The notes under the pieces were generated by a model that saw nothing but the letters and a program-made list of their open reading frames with translations, searched no databases and was not told where the DNA came from. 64,000 bases of DNA from a virus (lineage: Duplodnaviria; Heunggongvirae; Uroviricota; Caudoviricetes). Location: IMG/VR virus record IMGVR_UViG_3300009008_000002. One strand, written 5' to 3'. The position numbers and the translations under genes are program-made. Below, one piece after another: positions 1 through 10,216 of this stretch; positions within the stretch are counted from its first letter, which is position 1, and the number at the start of each line of letters is the position of its first letter.

Positions 1-284
1 TTTTGGGTTTGCCAAGTATTTTCCTCGATATGTTCCCAATCCAACCCCAATTTTCTTTCATTGTCGCGGTAGAATTCGACGTAGGACAGGTCTTTCGTAT
101 AGGCTACTCTGAGGGGTGTTCCGATACCCCAGTAGGCACCCCCTCTATCGTAGCACCCGTCACTCATCGGCACGAAACAGTCATAGACCCTCACGTTGAG
201 GGGTCTGGTGCCGATATTTCGACGCCCCATTGGTGCGCCGTATCGGGAATTAACGTCGGTGATTATTTGGTCGATGGTTCTCAT
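1..284 (-). CDS. Conserved phage hypothetical protein (3' partial)
   Basis: ATG at 284 just downstream of a motif copy; translates MRTIDQII...GAPMGR...YDRGGAYWG, a motif I recall from phage proteins; runs off the window edge. Confidence 0.65.
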   Translation of the reverse strand, partial: MRTIDQIITDVNSRYGAPMGRRNIGTRPLNVRVYDCFVPMSDGCYDRGGAYWGIGTPLRVAYTKDLSYVEFYRDNERKLGLDWEHIEENTWQTQ

Positions 285-332
285 GGTCGGCACAATCCCC
301 AATTTTAATTCGTCGCCGGTCGAATCGCCTCG

Positions 333-359
333 TTATTAAGGCTTATTAAGGCTTATTAA
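333..359. repeat. 10-bp tandem repeat TTATTAAGGC (about 2.7 copies)
   Basis: ttattaaggc-ttattaaggc-ttattaa, in an intergenic stretch bracketed by the direct repeat ttttaattcgtcgccg (about 303 and 426). Confidence 0.85.
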
Positions 360-455
360 CTATCATAGGGCATGGAAGACAGCAAACACACCTTATACTA
401 CGCGGGCGCGGGCGCGATCATCCTTTTTTAATTCGTCGCCGTCGCCGCTTGCCGG

Positions 456-785
456 TCAGGCATACAATCCCTCTTGCCTTGCATCAGCATCATAGACTAG
501 CCGGTGGCTTGAGTCTTGGTAGCAGAGGTTATATCCACAGTGGGGGCAATCTTCGGCATCATCGCTTACTACCCCATCGCATTGACCGCAGACAACCAGC
601 CCTTCCGGTTCTAGCTCAATGCCAGAGTCATAGCCATCGTGGTCTACCAGGGAGCGATAGACGTAATCCGCTTGGCAATCATCATCGAACCAGACGGTAT
701 CAATGAGTTCACGGGTGGTAGAGGAACCATCGCCGTATTCTTCGGTTCGATTGTTGAGAAAGACATTCCATGCTCGTCCAGGCAT
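456..785 (-). CDS. Hypothetical protein with C-terminal CxxC..CxxC zinc ribbon
   Basis: ORF track; CGQC..CPHC; start chosen at MPGRAW. Confidence 0.65.
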   Translation of the reverse strand: MPGRAWNVFLNNRTEEYGDGSSTTRELIDTVWFDDDCQADYVYRSLVDHDGYDSGIELEPEGLVVCGQCDGVVSDDAEDCPHCGYNLCYQDSSHRLVYDADARQEGLYA

Positions 786-885
786 CGCAGTATCCTCGAT
801 TTTAAGGTCGGTTGATTGACCCACTAACCCCAATTTTAATTTATGGTTCAGCCAGCCCCCGATTACCAGCGAGGGACAGCCACAG

Positions 886-958
886 TACTCCGAGGGGGAA
901 TCGAACCCGCCGCCACCAGATTGAAAGTCTGGTATCCTAACCGTTAGACTACCGGAGC
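886..958 (-). tRNA. tRNA-Glu (TTC)
   Basis: Acceptor GCTCCGG/TCGGAGT plus discriminator A; D arm; anticodon arm CCAGA-CTTTCAA-TCTGG; T loop GGTTCGATTCC; CCA not encoded. Confidence 0.92.
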
Positions 959-1061
959 ATATACGCCTTACGTGTGCGTATGTATCGTATGTCGTGCGCT
1001 TGTAACGCGCTTGTAGGTGCGTTGTAGAAGTTTGTAGACCCCAATTTTAAGATCATCGGGG

Positions 1062-1316
1062 TTATTCTTCCAACATATCCCCGATATATCTCACCAGGGC
1101 AGCAACAGCTTTTGCCGACACTTCCTTGCACCCTTCCCCGTGGGGGGTCACGTCGCCTCTAATTATTTCGCAAGCCAGTCGAATATCGTGGTAGTGTGGC
1201 ACTTCCTGCCTTGCGCTTGGCCCAAAATCGAAGCTAGGAAAGGTCATCGCGCCGCCTAGTGCTTCCAGCTTATCGGCGGCAGCACGGCAGAACGTGGTGA
1301 TTTCTGGTTTGCTCAT
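1062..1316 (-). CDS. Hypothetical protein
   Basis: ORF with a motif copy/GGAG upstream. Confidence 0.7.
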   Translation of the reverse strand: MSKPEITTFCRAAADKLEALGGAMTFPSFDFGPSARQEVPHYHDIRLACEIIRGDVTPHGEGCKEVSAKAVAALVRYIGDMLEE

Positions 1317-1441
1317 GGTCTGGTTGACTCCAATTTTAATCAGAGTGGTAGAACAGGTGCGCCACCCACACCCCTAGTGTGAAGGGGTAGAGTGTCCAGT
1401 GGAAATTAAATCAGCATCCAGGCAATAACGAGTGTCATGGG

Positions 1442-1717
1442 CTAGTAGACTCCGTGCCCGTCGCCGTTGGGGTCTGACGGGTCTGGTTCGTTGGTGCCGG
1501 TGGTGGGGCAGGGGATGATATTAACATCCCACTCACAGTAGTAGTGTTGTCCCCTATCATCCACAATTTTACTTGGGAACACTTGACTGCCCGCAATATC
1601 CTTGATTGTGGCATCAAGTTCTTCGCATTGGTGAAGTTTGGGGTTGCCATCCTCATAGGAGGGGCAATTAAACTCTTGGACTTCGCCATCGGTGAAGGTA
1701 ACGGTGATTTTTCTCAT
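1442..1717 (-). CDS. Hypothetical protein
   Basis: Start MRKITV after TAAAATTGGAGG. Confidence 0.65.
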   Translation of the reverse strand: MRKITVTFTDGEVQEFNCPSYEDGNPKLHQCEELDATIKDIAGSQVFPSKIVDDRGQHYYCEWDVNIIPCPTTGTNEPDPSDPNGDGHGVY

Positions 1718-1719
1718 AC

Positions 1720-2049
1720 CTATGCCGCCTCCAATTTTAATTGGGTTTCTTTCATCAATCGACGGCAATAGCATAATGCTTTGCGGGTTGCGCTTTCTTT
1801 GGTATCGCCGTAGAATGTTTCGGTTCGGGTCGCCCCTACTTGTGCTTGACAGTAAAATTCCCCCGGTTTGGCGGAATATCCCCTTTTTTCGATAGGGGTT
1901 TGTCTATCATCAATGGTTCGTTGGTGTCCGGTTTCCTTGCCTCTTGTGCCCCTTTGTTGGTGTTGGTAAACCCTTCCACGTCTCAGTGAAAAGAATCCCA
2001 CTTGGCAGCGTTCGCCCACCGACAGTTTTTTCCAGATTAGGTTGTTCAT
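1720..2049 (-). CDS. Hypothetical protein
   Basis: ORF between two motif copies. Confidence 0.55.
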   Translation of the reverse strand: MNNLIWKKLSVGERCQVGFFSLRRGRVYQHQQRGTRGKETGHQRTIDDRQTPIEKRGYSAKPGEFYCQAQVGATRTETFYGDTKESATRKALCYCRRLMKETQLKLEAA

Positions 2050-2067
2050 GCCGTGGTCGCCCCAATT

Positions 2068-2331
2068 TTATTTCATACACGCGCCTTCGCTTATCTCAAT
2101 CATCGTCAAAAGGTCGCATAGTCGGCATACACACTCGAATGCGCGGGTTGCTTCCTCTTTCGATGGTTGGGTGGGGATATGTTGCCAGCTATCCCCCATC
2201 AGCATTTCAATCCAGTATTTAGTTTCCCCTTTTAATCGTGGGGTCACTCGGACGAATCTGCCGGTATAGGGGCAATCACAGACGACTACGCCTTTTATGC
2301 CTTCTGTATCTTCGCTCCAAACAACAGGCAT
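2068..2331 (-). CDS. Hypothetical protein
   Basis: Stop is the motif TAA; start follows motif GGAG. Confidence 0.7.
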   Translation of the reverse strand: MPVVWSEDTEGIKGVVVCDCPYTGRFVRVTPRLKGETKYWIEMLMGDSWQHIPTQPSKEEATRAFECVCRLCDLLTMIEISEGACMK

Positions 2332-2344
2332 GGTTGCTCCAATT

Positions 2345-2572
2345 TTAATGATAGTCTACGCCACACCCCTCTACGGTGTGTAGGTATTGCCAGTCCCCTT
2401 CCGATACTTCGGTGGGCAGGTTGGGCTTGTGTCCCGCCTCGAATTTATCTGCCAAGTCTCGGAGAATCTTGGCTAGTTCGTTGGCATTGGTGACGCCTCG
2501 TTGTGGGTCATCGGACACACTAATGTCAATGCGGACATTACTGGTTGTCATCCCGTTGATTTGTCCAGCCAT
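2345..2572 (-). CDS. Hypothetical protein
   Basis: Stop is the motif TAA. Confidence 0.7.
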   Translation of the reverse strand: MAGQINGMTTSNVRIDISVSDDPQRGVTNANELAKILRDLADKFEAGHKPNLPTEVSEGDWQYLHTVEGCGVDYH

Positions 2573-2655
2573 TGGTTTCCCTTTCGTCGTGGGTTGGTTG
2601 TTACCCTTGACGCCCCAATTTTAATTATATGGCGGCAGCAACAGGGCACGACATT

Positions 2656-2874
2656 TTATTGCAAGGTCCGCAACAGTTGGTCGATTTCGTCATCGGTGGG
2701 GGCAGCACCCGGTTCGCCGTTCACGTCTACGGTATCGGGTTTGTCTGCGAGTATAATCGGCGCGTTGGCACACCCTTGACCGTCAGGTTCAAACGCTTCA
2801 CAGGCATCGCTTAGGTTTGCTTGGAGGTAAAGCGCAGCCATACGCAGCAGGAATTTCTCTCGTTCTGTCATCAT
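2656..2874 (-). CDS. Hypothetical protein
   Basis: Start MMTERE after variant motif AAAATTGGAG. Confidence 0.65.
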   Translation of the reverse strand: MMTEREKFLLRMAALYLQANLSDACEAFEPDGQGCANAPIILADKPDTVDVNGEPGAAPTDDEIDQLLRTLQ

Positions 2875-3086
2875 GGCTCCAATTTTGCGAACAGGTCGGG
2901 TCGGAAGCGTTTTAATACCAGTTTGAGAATACCCTGCCCTAGAGTCTGGCAAGTTTCCTCATTCTCGGTATCAGCCGTGAATATCATCGACGCAATATCT
3001 TCCTCAGTGGAGATTTGATCGTCGGCATCCAGGCTATCGTTGTAGGTGTCGTCGTCCAATTTTAATCCCTCGACAGAATTGGTCAA
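2871..3086 (-). CDS. Hypothetical acidic protein
   Basis: ORF overlapping the next start (ATGA coupling). Confidence 0.5.
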   Translation of the reverse strand: MTNSVEGLKLDDDTYNDSLDADDQISTEEDIASMIFTADTENEETCQTLGQGILKLVLKRFRPDLFAKLEP

Positions 3087-3167
3087 AGTTCGGTGGCAAC
3101 CATGCCCACCCTCCAGGGAGCGCCAGGAATATCATCGACGGTGGGCACAAGTCGCGCCCCAATTTTA

Positions 3168-3479
3168 TTACTGAGAATCTTGACCGCATAGTTCACAAGC
3201 CTCATTGGTGGGGGCGACACGCAAGGGTTGCGGCAACGGTTGCGGCTTGCGTTCAAGGATACCACAATTAACTAGGGCATCTTCCACGTCGGCGGGATTC
3301 TGCAAACCTAGTTCCTTGCGGTGAATACCTAGCACGCCTTCCAGCCATTGACGTTCGCTTTCCATCACAGCGTTGCGAAGTCCGTTGTTCTCGTCTTCGG
3401 TCTGCGCCAGCCGGATAAGCAAGAGGCGCACTTTGTTGACGAATTCGATTTCGATGTTGGGGGGGATAGTGCTTTTCAT
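3168..3479 (-). CDS. Hypothetical protein
   Basis: Start MKSTIP after a motif copy. Confidence 0.65.
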   Translation of the reverse strand: MKSTIPPNIEIEFVNKVRLLLIRLAQTEDENNGLRNAVMESERQWLEGVLGIHRKELGLQNPADVEDALVNCGILERKPQPLPQPLRVAPTNEACELCGQDSQ

Positions 3480-3563
3480 GGTTGGTTTGGCTCCAATTTT
3501 AATTGAGAGGGGCGTTCGTGCGGGTTTGCCAGGGCATGGCTTCAAAGTAGAGGTCGGCTAATT

Positions 3564-4109
3564 TTATCCCCATCCTTTTTTCCTTGTCCAGATAGCCTCG
3601 AATCCGTTGGCATGGATTTCTTCAAGCCACAGGTCAAGCAGTTGCTTAATTTCCGGTGGCATGGGTTTTTCCCACCTACCTTTGTAGCACTTATCACTAT
3701 AGGCGAGGATTTCTACCCGTGTGAATTCATGTTCACGGGCGATTTTATCAATGCGGTCAAGGATAGCGTGGTCTAGGGCATCCATCGCTTCCCGTTTGTC
3801 CCACATTGACTGGAACACTTCTGCCCCTACAATTTTAAGTTGGGCGAGTTGTTCGTTAGCTTCCTTGACTATGGCATCCCGTTCGTCGGTCTGGTCTTCG
3901 TTGTAGTAGTTGACGTAGAAGGGGTCGCCGTGGGAATTCCACCAGAATTTACCACCAAAGGCCAGCTTGCCAGAGAATCGCCATTCGCCTCGTTCGTGAA
4001 GTCCATCGGTGAAGTGCGCGACAAAGTTCTCACGCATCGTTGGGTTGGCACCACACACCCTAACCAGGATAGTGTAGATAACTTCGGCGGTTTCGGGTCG
4101 AATGTTCAT
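3564..4109 (-). CDS. Conserved phage hypothetical protein
   Basis: 181 aa; EWRFSGKLAFGGKFW motif recalled from phage proteins. Confidence 0.75.
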   Translation of the reverse strand: MNIRPETAEVIYTILVRVCGANPTMRENFVAHFTDGLHERGEWRFSGKLAFGGKFWWNSHGDPFYVNYYNEDQTDERDAIVKEANEQLAQLKIVGAEVFQSMWDKREAMDALDHAILDRIDKIAREHEFTRVEILAYSDKCYKGRWEKPMPPEIKQLLDLWLEEIHANGFEAIWTRKKGWG

Positions 4110-4214
4110 GGTCTGGTTTCCCCAATTTTAATTAGGCGAGCGAGTGGAGCGTAGGGGTGGCAGTTTTCTAATCCCTCTACTGCTCTTGCCACATATATCA
4201 CTCACAGCCCAATT

Positions 4215-4478
4215 TTAATGTTCTCTGCCGGTCAATACCGAACCACCCAGCGTAGACGGGTCGGGTCGGTCTTCGTCTTCGTGTGTCGCAAAACAGGAGT
4301 CACAAAGGACACTGACGACATTATTCGCCACACTTTGCAGTTCCCCACACTTATCGCAGGGCAACCATTGACGGGGTTCTTTTGTATCACCCCAATCTAC
4401 GGGTGGCGCTTCCAATCGTTCCGTTTGGAGATTGAAAGTAATGGTGACTTCGCCACTTGGACTAATTGTTCCCTTCAT
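4215..4478 (-). CDS. Hypothetical zinc-ribbon protein
   Basis: CDKC..CDSC; bounded by motif copies. Confidence 0.7.
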   Translation of the reverse strand: MKGTISPSGEVTITFNLQTERLEAPPVDWGDTKEPRQWLPCDKCGELQSVANNVVSVLCDSCFATHEDEDRPDPSTLGGSVLTGREH

Positions 4479-4496
4479 GGTCCTACTTCCCCAATT

Positions 4497-4667
4497 TTAA
4501 CTTGTGAAGTTTTCATTCTCGACCAACACGCCTACATCGTCTTTCTCGATTTCGGCATCCCCATCGTCTCGAATGGTTGCCTCGAACACTTCGCCTACCT
4601 CTAACAGTTTGACTTTGTTATCATGCAAGCAATTGTAGTAGCCGGTGGCAAGAATGGTGATTTGCAT
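4497..4667 (-). CDS. Small hypothetical protein (56 aa, below the ORF-track cutoff)
   Basis: MQITILATGYYNCLHDNKVK...ENFTS*; fills the gap between two motif copies. Confidence 0.6.
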   Translation of the reverse strand: MQITILATGYYNCLHDNKVKLLEVGEVFEATIRDDGDAEIEKDDVGVLVENENFTS

Positions 4668-4669
4668 GG

Positions 4670-4825
4670 TCAGTTCGCCCCAATTTTAATTCTTCGAGTG
4701 ATTAGGCACTTGGCAGCGTGAACAGACTTGACCGGGATTTGGTCATAGTCGGGTGTCTGCACTCTCACGGTGCCAGCGTTGAAGTTTTCGTGAATCCACC
4801 AGCCTTTGTAGCCAAACGTGTGCAT
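4670..4825 (-). CDS. Small hypothetical protein
   Basis: Start MHTFGYKG after GGAG. Confidence 0.55.
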   Translation of the reverse strand: MHTFGYKGWWIHENFNAGTVRVQTPDYDQIPVKSVHAAKCLITRRIKIGAN

Positions 4826-4923
4826 TGTGTTCTCCAAACTAAAATCGGGGCGGTTGGTCACTGAGCCGTGGTCATAACGGTGTGACGTGTGGCGAATAAT
4901 ACCTTCCCCGCCCCAATTTTAAT

Positions 4924-5238
4924 TCAGAATACGATGCAAAGGTCTTTGGTCATTTTGACGGTGACGGTGAACCCTTCCCCTAGTCTGGATGATACCATAC
5001 TTTTAATTGTGTCGGGGTGAAGGTGAATCATGCTTTGCGTGGTCATCACTTGGAAGGTGGGTTGTCCTTCCGTTGCGACGTGGGACACCTTGAATTTCGT
5101 TTGGACGGCATCCTTGATAACGGAGGGTGCCATTGTGACGGTGATTTGCCACGTTTGCAGGTAGTGATCGACTTGAACCGTCTTGCCTCTTGGGGGCTTG
5201 GTTCCATCGGCGTATTGGTGCGTCATCATCATGGTCAT
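4924..5238 (-). CDS. Hypothetical protein
   Basis: ORF bounded by motif copies. Confidence 0.65.
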   Translation of the reverse strand: MTMMMTHQYADGTKPPRGKTVQVDHYLQTWQITVTMAPSVIKDAVQTKFKVSHVATEGQPTFQVMTTQSMIHLHPDTIKSMVSSRLGEGFTVTVKMTKDLCIVF

Positions 5239-5355
5239 GGTTGCTCCAATTTTAATTGCAGGCGAAAGGGGAGTCAGAGTATTTCACCACTCGGCTATTT
5301 GTTCTGATTTCCACCGTAGTTGGAAAGGTCACTACTCCCTTCCGCCCCAATTTTA

Positions 5356-5952
5356 TTAGGCGGCTTGTTGCATCCCGTTCCACAATGAACAAGACACTTC
5401 CCAACCATCCCAGTCTGAATAGTCGTAAGCGTAGAAGTTTTGCGGAACTATTTGCGACCACCCCACAAGTGAACCATTAGTCGCATAACAGCGAATTTGT
5501 CGGCTTGCAGGGTAATAAATCGCCGTTCGATAGGTGTTTCGGTTGAAGTGTTGCAACCCCTGTTGAGCCAACACTAAATCTTGCCTTGACGGATACCAAC
5601 CGTCATGTTCGTGTCCTGATTCATAGGTGAATCTATGTATTGCTTGTCGCAATTGGTGGTAGTCACGAATCAAGACGGCATAAGGGTGTCGATTGAAAAA
5701 GTCTTGCAGCACCGCTATGCGAAACGTCCTCAACTCAATCGAACACACTTGGGCGGTAACATCTATGCCTAAATCGCCCCAAACCCAATTTTCAACTTCC
5801 CTTGCCGTAGACGCCGCATTGTTGCCGGTGTAGGAAGGGTGCCCCAACCAGTGGCGCACAGCACTTCGTTGATTGTTCCAAACAACACCAACATAATTAC
5901 CGCCCAACTCTGAATAGACTGCTGCATGGGGTTGACCAACTACTCTTGTCAT
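5356..5952 (-). CDS. Hypothetical protein
   Basis: 198-aa ORF bounded by a motif copy and a variant. Confidence 0.75.
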   Translation of the reverse strand: MTRVVGQPHAAVYSELGGNYVGVVWNNQRSAVRHWLGHPSYTGNNAASTAREVENWVWGDLGIDVTAQVCSIELRTFRIAVLQDFFNRHPYAVLIRDYHQLRQAIHRFTYESGHEHDGWYPSRQDLVLAQQGLQHFNRNTYRTAIYYPASRQIRCYATNGSLVGWSQIVPQNFYAYDYSDWDGWEVSCSLWNGMQQAA

Positions 5953-6065
5953 CTCAGCTACTCCAATTTTTACCTCACAAGTGTTTTGAAAAAATGCAGG
6001 GGGGAAACCTTGGGGCTAGTAGTGCGCCTCGGTTTTAATTTATCGTTGGGTTGGTTGCCCCAATT

Positions 6066-6509
6066 TTATTTCTCGCCCATTTCCCGCAGAATGGTATCGG
6101 CGGTATCGGCGGGAAAGGGTTTCAGGTCATCAACGGGTTTGGGGGCATAGTAGACGTGCCCACAGTTTTTACATTCATCGCCATCAACCGCTACTCGGCA
6201 GATATTTGCACCACAATCGGGGCACTTGCCATCGGGGTAGTGGGTGTGCATGTCCGTAATGACAGTGACTTCTAAAATATCACCATCATGGTCAAGGGTG
6301 AATTCCCCAAGCAGGGATTCGCCTACTTCGGTGCATCCAATTTCATGCCCTTCTGCCGTGAACAGCACGCCTTGCGTCCAACATTCCTCAGTGGCGGGGT
6401 CAGTTGTAGCACAGACTTGGACAGCGAACCGCAACCCACCCGGAAAGGCGACTTCCTCATCGAACACGGTTTCACACTTGCCGTTGTCGCCATCGGGTTC
6501 GTTGCACAT
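6066..6509 (-). CDS. Hypothetical protein with zinc ribbon
   Basis: CPDC..CKNC; stop is the motif TAA; start uncertain. Confidence 0.7.
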   Translation of the reverse strand: MCNEPDGDNGKCETVFDEEVAFPGGLRFAVQVCATTDPATEECWTQGVLFTAEGHEIGCTEVGESLLGEFTLDHDGDILEVTVITDMHTHYPDGKCPDCGANICRVAVDGDECKNCGHVYYAPKPVDDLKPFPADTADTILREMGEK

Positions 6510-6526
6510 ATGGAGTGAACGACCAC

Positions 6527-6766
6527 CTATACCGATTCAAGTACCACACACGCCAACTTGCGAGTCAATAGCCTTCCCCCGACCGTCACATCTTCCGGTT
6601 CGTAACTGTCGCCACGTTCCGAGCAGTTGCACGCTTCCAGGTGAGCGTCAATGCCTTGATTGACAGCTTCGACTACGGCGGCGATTTCGCCGTCATCAGC
6701 TATCGTCATCGGGAACGGCTGGCCGTCCATTTTCTCCCGGATTTGACTGTAAGTGATTGTCAGCAT
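6527..6766 (-). CDS. Hypothetical protein
   Basis: ORF track; AVNQGIDAHLEA. Confidence 0.65.
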   Translation of the reverse strand: MLTITYSQIREKMDGQPFPMTIADDGEIAAVVEAVNQGIDAHLEACNCSERGDSYEPEDVTVGGRLLTRKLACVVLESV

Positions 6767-7112
6767 GTTTCAGCCCTTCCTGCCCATTCCAACAAGATTA
6801 TATCGTCTTCGTCGATTTCGTCGGCCAGAGATTGCAACTCTACAATTTCTCCGTAACTGATACGCTCGGCTTCAATCTCCCCTCGAAGATAATCCAGCCT
6901 TGCCTTGATTTCGTCGGCGGTCATGTTTCATTCCCCTTTCGTCAATTAATTGCAGCGAGAAGGATGGACAGGACGAGTATTAAAATCGCCCAATCAATCC
7001 AGTTGTTACGTGGCGGGTCCAATTTTAATTCCAAGAGAGAGGGGGGATACGGTCGCAATCCCGCCACCCCCATAGGGGGCTGTTTATAGACACAGCACAA
7101 TCCCCCACTCCC

Positions 7113-7388
7113 TTACGCAGCTTCCCTAACAGGTTCGGGGCGCTTGATTGACGTAATGTTATTCCGTGCGGCCAACCAGTAGGGGTCAAAACCGGGCACG
7201 GTCACAATCTGCTTGTCCTTCATGCGATAGAAGCAGGTTTCGGTGACGGTCTGACGATTGACGCGCCGAACACGGACGTATCCCCGCAGGGTGCGGCCCT
7301 TGTAGGTCACAGCATCCCGTCGTTCGGTGCCACGGAAGATACGAAACTTCTTCCGCTTGCCTTCCAAGACTCTTACGAATGGGGTCAT
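7113..7388 (-). CDS. Basic hypothetical protein
   Basis: ORF coupled to the upstream gene. Confidence 0.7.
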   Translation of the reverse strand: MTPFVRVLEGKRKKFRIFRGTERRDAVTYKGRTLRGYVRVRRVNRQTVTETCFYRMKDKQIVTVPGFDPYWLAARNNITSIKRPEPVREAA

Positions 7389-7870
7389 GTTTCTTCTCCA
7401 TCGGAGGTTTCAGGGGTTTCTTTCTGCCCTTCTAACTCCAATTTTAATTGTTCGTGTTGCCGTCTACGATATTCCAAGTTCTTCTCTTGAATCGAGCGAA
7501 CCAACTTGGAATTGTCATTCCCTATCATGCGGGGGTGGAATGGTCGGTCACGTCGGGAAGTGATAATTAAATCTTCCAACTCCGACTTTGTAATTTCCAC
7601 GAATCCAACCGCAGCAATCAAGTGGATTTTATCATCGTAGAGAATCACATCCCCCATACTGAGGGAGTAGGTTGTGTTGTGGGATGGTTGACCACCCGAA
7701 AAATCATTCTGCCCATACTGGAAAGCTAAGTCCAGAATTTCGTGATCAGCTTTCAGGTGTAGCTCGTTCTCGTTGACAGGAATTTCAACGAGGCGCTGAT
7801 ACGGTTGACCGGACGGGTTATCGTCATCATCCGTATGCGACAAAACTAGGCAGCGAATGGTCATGCTCAT
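7385..7870 (-). CDS. Conserved phage protein (SLSxGDV motif, YodL-like)
   Basis: YSLSMGDVI motif. Confidence 0.65.
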   Translation of the reverse strand: MSMTIRCLVLSHTDDDDNPSGQPYQRLVEIPVNENELHLKADHEILDLAFQYGQNDFSGGQPSHNTTYSLSMGDVILYDDKIHLIAAVGFVEITKSELEDLIITSRRDRPFHPRMIGNDNSKLVRSIQEKNLEYRRRQHEQLKLELEGQKETPETSDGEET

Positions 7871-8118
7871 ATCGGGTTGACTCCAATTTTATTTAGCGTT
7901 GCGGATAGCGCCGTTAGCGTAGTAGACTCGCGCCAATCCCGTTTGGTCTTCCCACCACTCGTCGGCTTCCACTACATCGTCGGTAGCCAGGGCGACATAC
8001 CATGTCCAGGTGTCACCCTTCCCAGGTTGATAGCCTAAGCAGCAGAACCCTTTGCCGCAATTGTGAGCGGCAGTCTGTTGTTCCTTGTTGCTCTGAACCA
8101 CCCCAATTTTATTAGCCA

Positions 8119-8628
8119 TCATGCGGCCTCTTTTACGATGGAAAATCCGTGTTCGTCTTTTTCCTTTGCCACACCCAGAACCCAATCGTTCCAGCGTTCC
8201 AGGCAAGGAATGACAACTTGGTGAAGGTGGTCGTCGGGAGTTCGCCGGTTGCCACGGTCGGCAACGGCAGCTACCATCAGGTCGTAGTCGTGATATTCAA
8301 GGATTGCCCAATCGCAGTCTTCCTCGAATTCGTAGACGTAGACGTTGCCGCAGACGGGTTCCTCGACTTTAATTGTAGGTTCCTTGGCCCACTCCAATTT
8401 TGTTTGGGTGACAAGGATATACCCACCGTGACCAGGGGTGCTAACCCACCAGCAGTCCCCAAACTTACATTTGAGCTTGGATGAACCCTGAATCTTGCCC
8501 CACCCTACCATGCTATTAAATGCAAGGTTGCGGGGGTTGAGTAGCTTTCCATCCTCGAAAACCATCGTGACGTAGGTTTTGCGGGCGGAATACATCGTGT
8601 AGCCGTGAAATCTTACTCGTTGTTTCAT
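8119..8628 (-). CDS. Conserved hypothetical protein
   Basis: STPGHGG...FEEDCDWA motif recalled from mobile-element proteins. Confidence 0.7.
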   Translation of the reverse strand: MKQRVRFHGYTMYSARKTYVTMVFEDGKLLNPRNLAFNSMVGWGKIQGSSKLKCKFGDCWWVSTPGHGGYILVTQTKLEWAKEPTIKVEEPVCGNVYVYEFEEDCDWAILEYHDYDLMVAAVADRGNRRTPDDHLHQVVIPCLERWNDWVLGVAKEKDEHGFSIVKEAA

Positions 8629-8676
8629 CGCTAACTCCGTGGGTTTGATTGTTGGAGTTCCCTACCGTCCCCAATT

Positions 8677-8961
8677 TTATTTGCGGGTCAGCTTGGGGTC
8701 CACGTAGTAGAATACCCGTGACTCATCGGGGAACGTATGGTCAGTTCCACCGCTAGGGTCACGAATGATACCAGGGGGATGATTGTTTGGCAATTCCCTT
8801 GCTTCGTAGTAACCGAATCCCGCATAGACACCAGCATCATGCAGGACAGATTCTAACAGAGAATTCCAACCATCCCGCTTGCTTCGTTCGCAAGTGGAGT
8901 GCTTGTTACGCTTGTTGACTTCATCAATCAGCTTACGAATTGGGTGAGTTTTCCTTGCCAT
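8677..8961 (-). CDS. Hypothetical protein
   Basis: Bounded by motif copies; LLESVLHDAGVYAGF. Confidence 0.75.
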   Translation of the reverse strand: MARKTHPIRKLIDEVNKRNKHSTCERSKRDGWNSLLESVLHDAGVYAGFGYYEARELPNNHPPGIIRDPSGGTDHTFPDESRVFYYVDPKLTRK

Positions 8962-9641
8962 GTCCCGTCGCCTCCAATTTTAATGGGTGGTCGTCGCAGG
9001 TTTCGTGTCCCTTGGTGGTCTTATGCCAGATGGGGCATTTTGCGGCATTATCAGTGGAAGTGAGAGAATCCCGCTTCCAGTGTGGACAATTAGAACAGTC
9101 CATAATTCTCGCCTATGCCCATTTTCTCTGCGAATTTAACCGCAGCATCTTGACTGTAGAACCATGCGGCATCTTTCCACTCTACCCATTTCCCTTGCCG
9201 GGTCAGATAGAGGTCTTCGGTCAGACTGCCTTTTCGGATTTTAACTCGATTGCTCATGGCATCCTCACCCCAATTTTAAGAGGCGCTTGATTGACCGCGA
9301 GATAAGTTGGGGGGAGACACGTCCAGGCAAACCGAATTCAGCAACCCACAAAATGGTGAAAACTGCCCCTACGCAGAACACAAAAGGTTCATTCATGGTT
9401 GAATACCTCGTTCCAATCGGGTTCAGGTTTGCGGTTGCGAAGTTCCTGCAATTCACGGTTCGCCCGGTGAATTTTATTTACGGGGCGTTTCCTTCGTTCT
9501 CGCTCATCATGCTCGGCTTGAGCGAAAATCAGGTTAATATCGTCGGTGGTGGGTTCATCGTTCATTAAAATCAGACTCCTACACGTCGCTAACCAGTGTT
9601 CGGTCGTTGACCTACTAACTCTCCGACTGCCCCAATTTTAA

Positions 9642-10031
9642 TTACACCAGGGCATCGAAACCACGTCTGACAGAATCGGGGTGAAACTTGAATCGCTTGC
9701 CATCGTATCGCTTGCCAATCAAGGGGTATTTGTGAGCGCGGAGGTTTGCACCGATAAGTTCAAAGGTGCTACCACCGTGGCGGAATCGTCTGCCTAAGTC
9801 AGACTCTTGCATACCCCAACGGGCACAGGCATGTTTGAATTCGTCGGCTTCTCGGCTATTGGCATCACCATCGGAATTCAATTCGGCCATTTCCACCTTG
9901 AAAACCACGTTGTTATCGGTGAAGTTAGCCGCACCCGTCGTTTTGATTTCCATGCCAAGTTGTTCGCCCAACTCAGCAAGTTTATGGTTCAGCACTTCAC
10001 GCAACGTCTTTACTCGTTGTCTGTCAATCAT
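9642..10031 (-). CDS. Conserved phage hypothetical protein
   Basis: 129-aa ORF in the gene chain. Confidence 0.75.
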   Translation of the reverse strand: MIDRQRVKTLREVLNHKLAELGEQLGMEIKTTGAANFTDNNVVFKVEMAELNSDGDANSREADEFKHACARWGMQESDLGRRFRHGGSTFELIGANLRAHKYPLIGKRYDGKRFKFHPDSVRRGFDALV

Positions 10032-10216
10032 ACCTCACCGCCTCCATAGGAATGTTTGTTTGTTGGTTGGCTCGCCCCAATTTTAATTCAATTCGTAACC
10101 GTAGGGCGTTCCTCTGAATCGCAGCTTGCGCTCCCCCAAGGTTCACCAGGAAAACCAGCGTTCGCCCGATTGCCCAGAATATGAACACGAATGGGGCAAG
10201 TAACGGAGACAAGGCA

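Noticed and set aside
827-1072. Every motif copy as a standard sigma70 promoter
   Set aside because: The two copies I checked (827, 1039) have no -35 hexamer at 17-bp spacing; only the variant at 63565 does. A -10-only promoter remains possible
6323-6766. TAG readthrough joining 6527-6766 to 6323-6526
   Set aside because: The downstream in-frame peptide looks non-coding and overlaps the better ORF 6066-6509 in another frame
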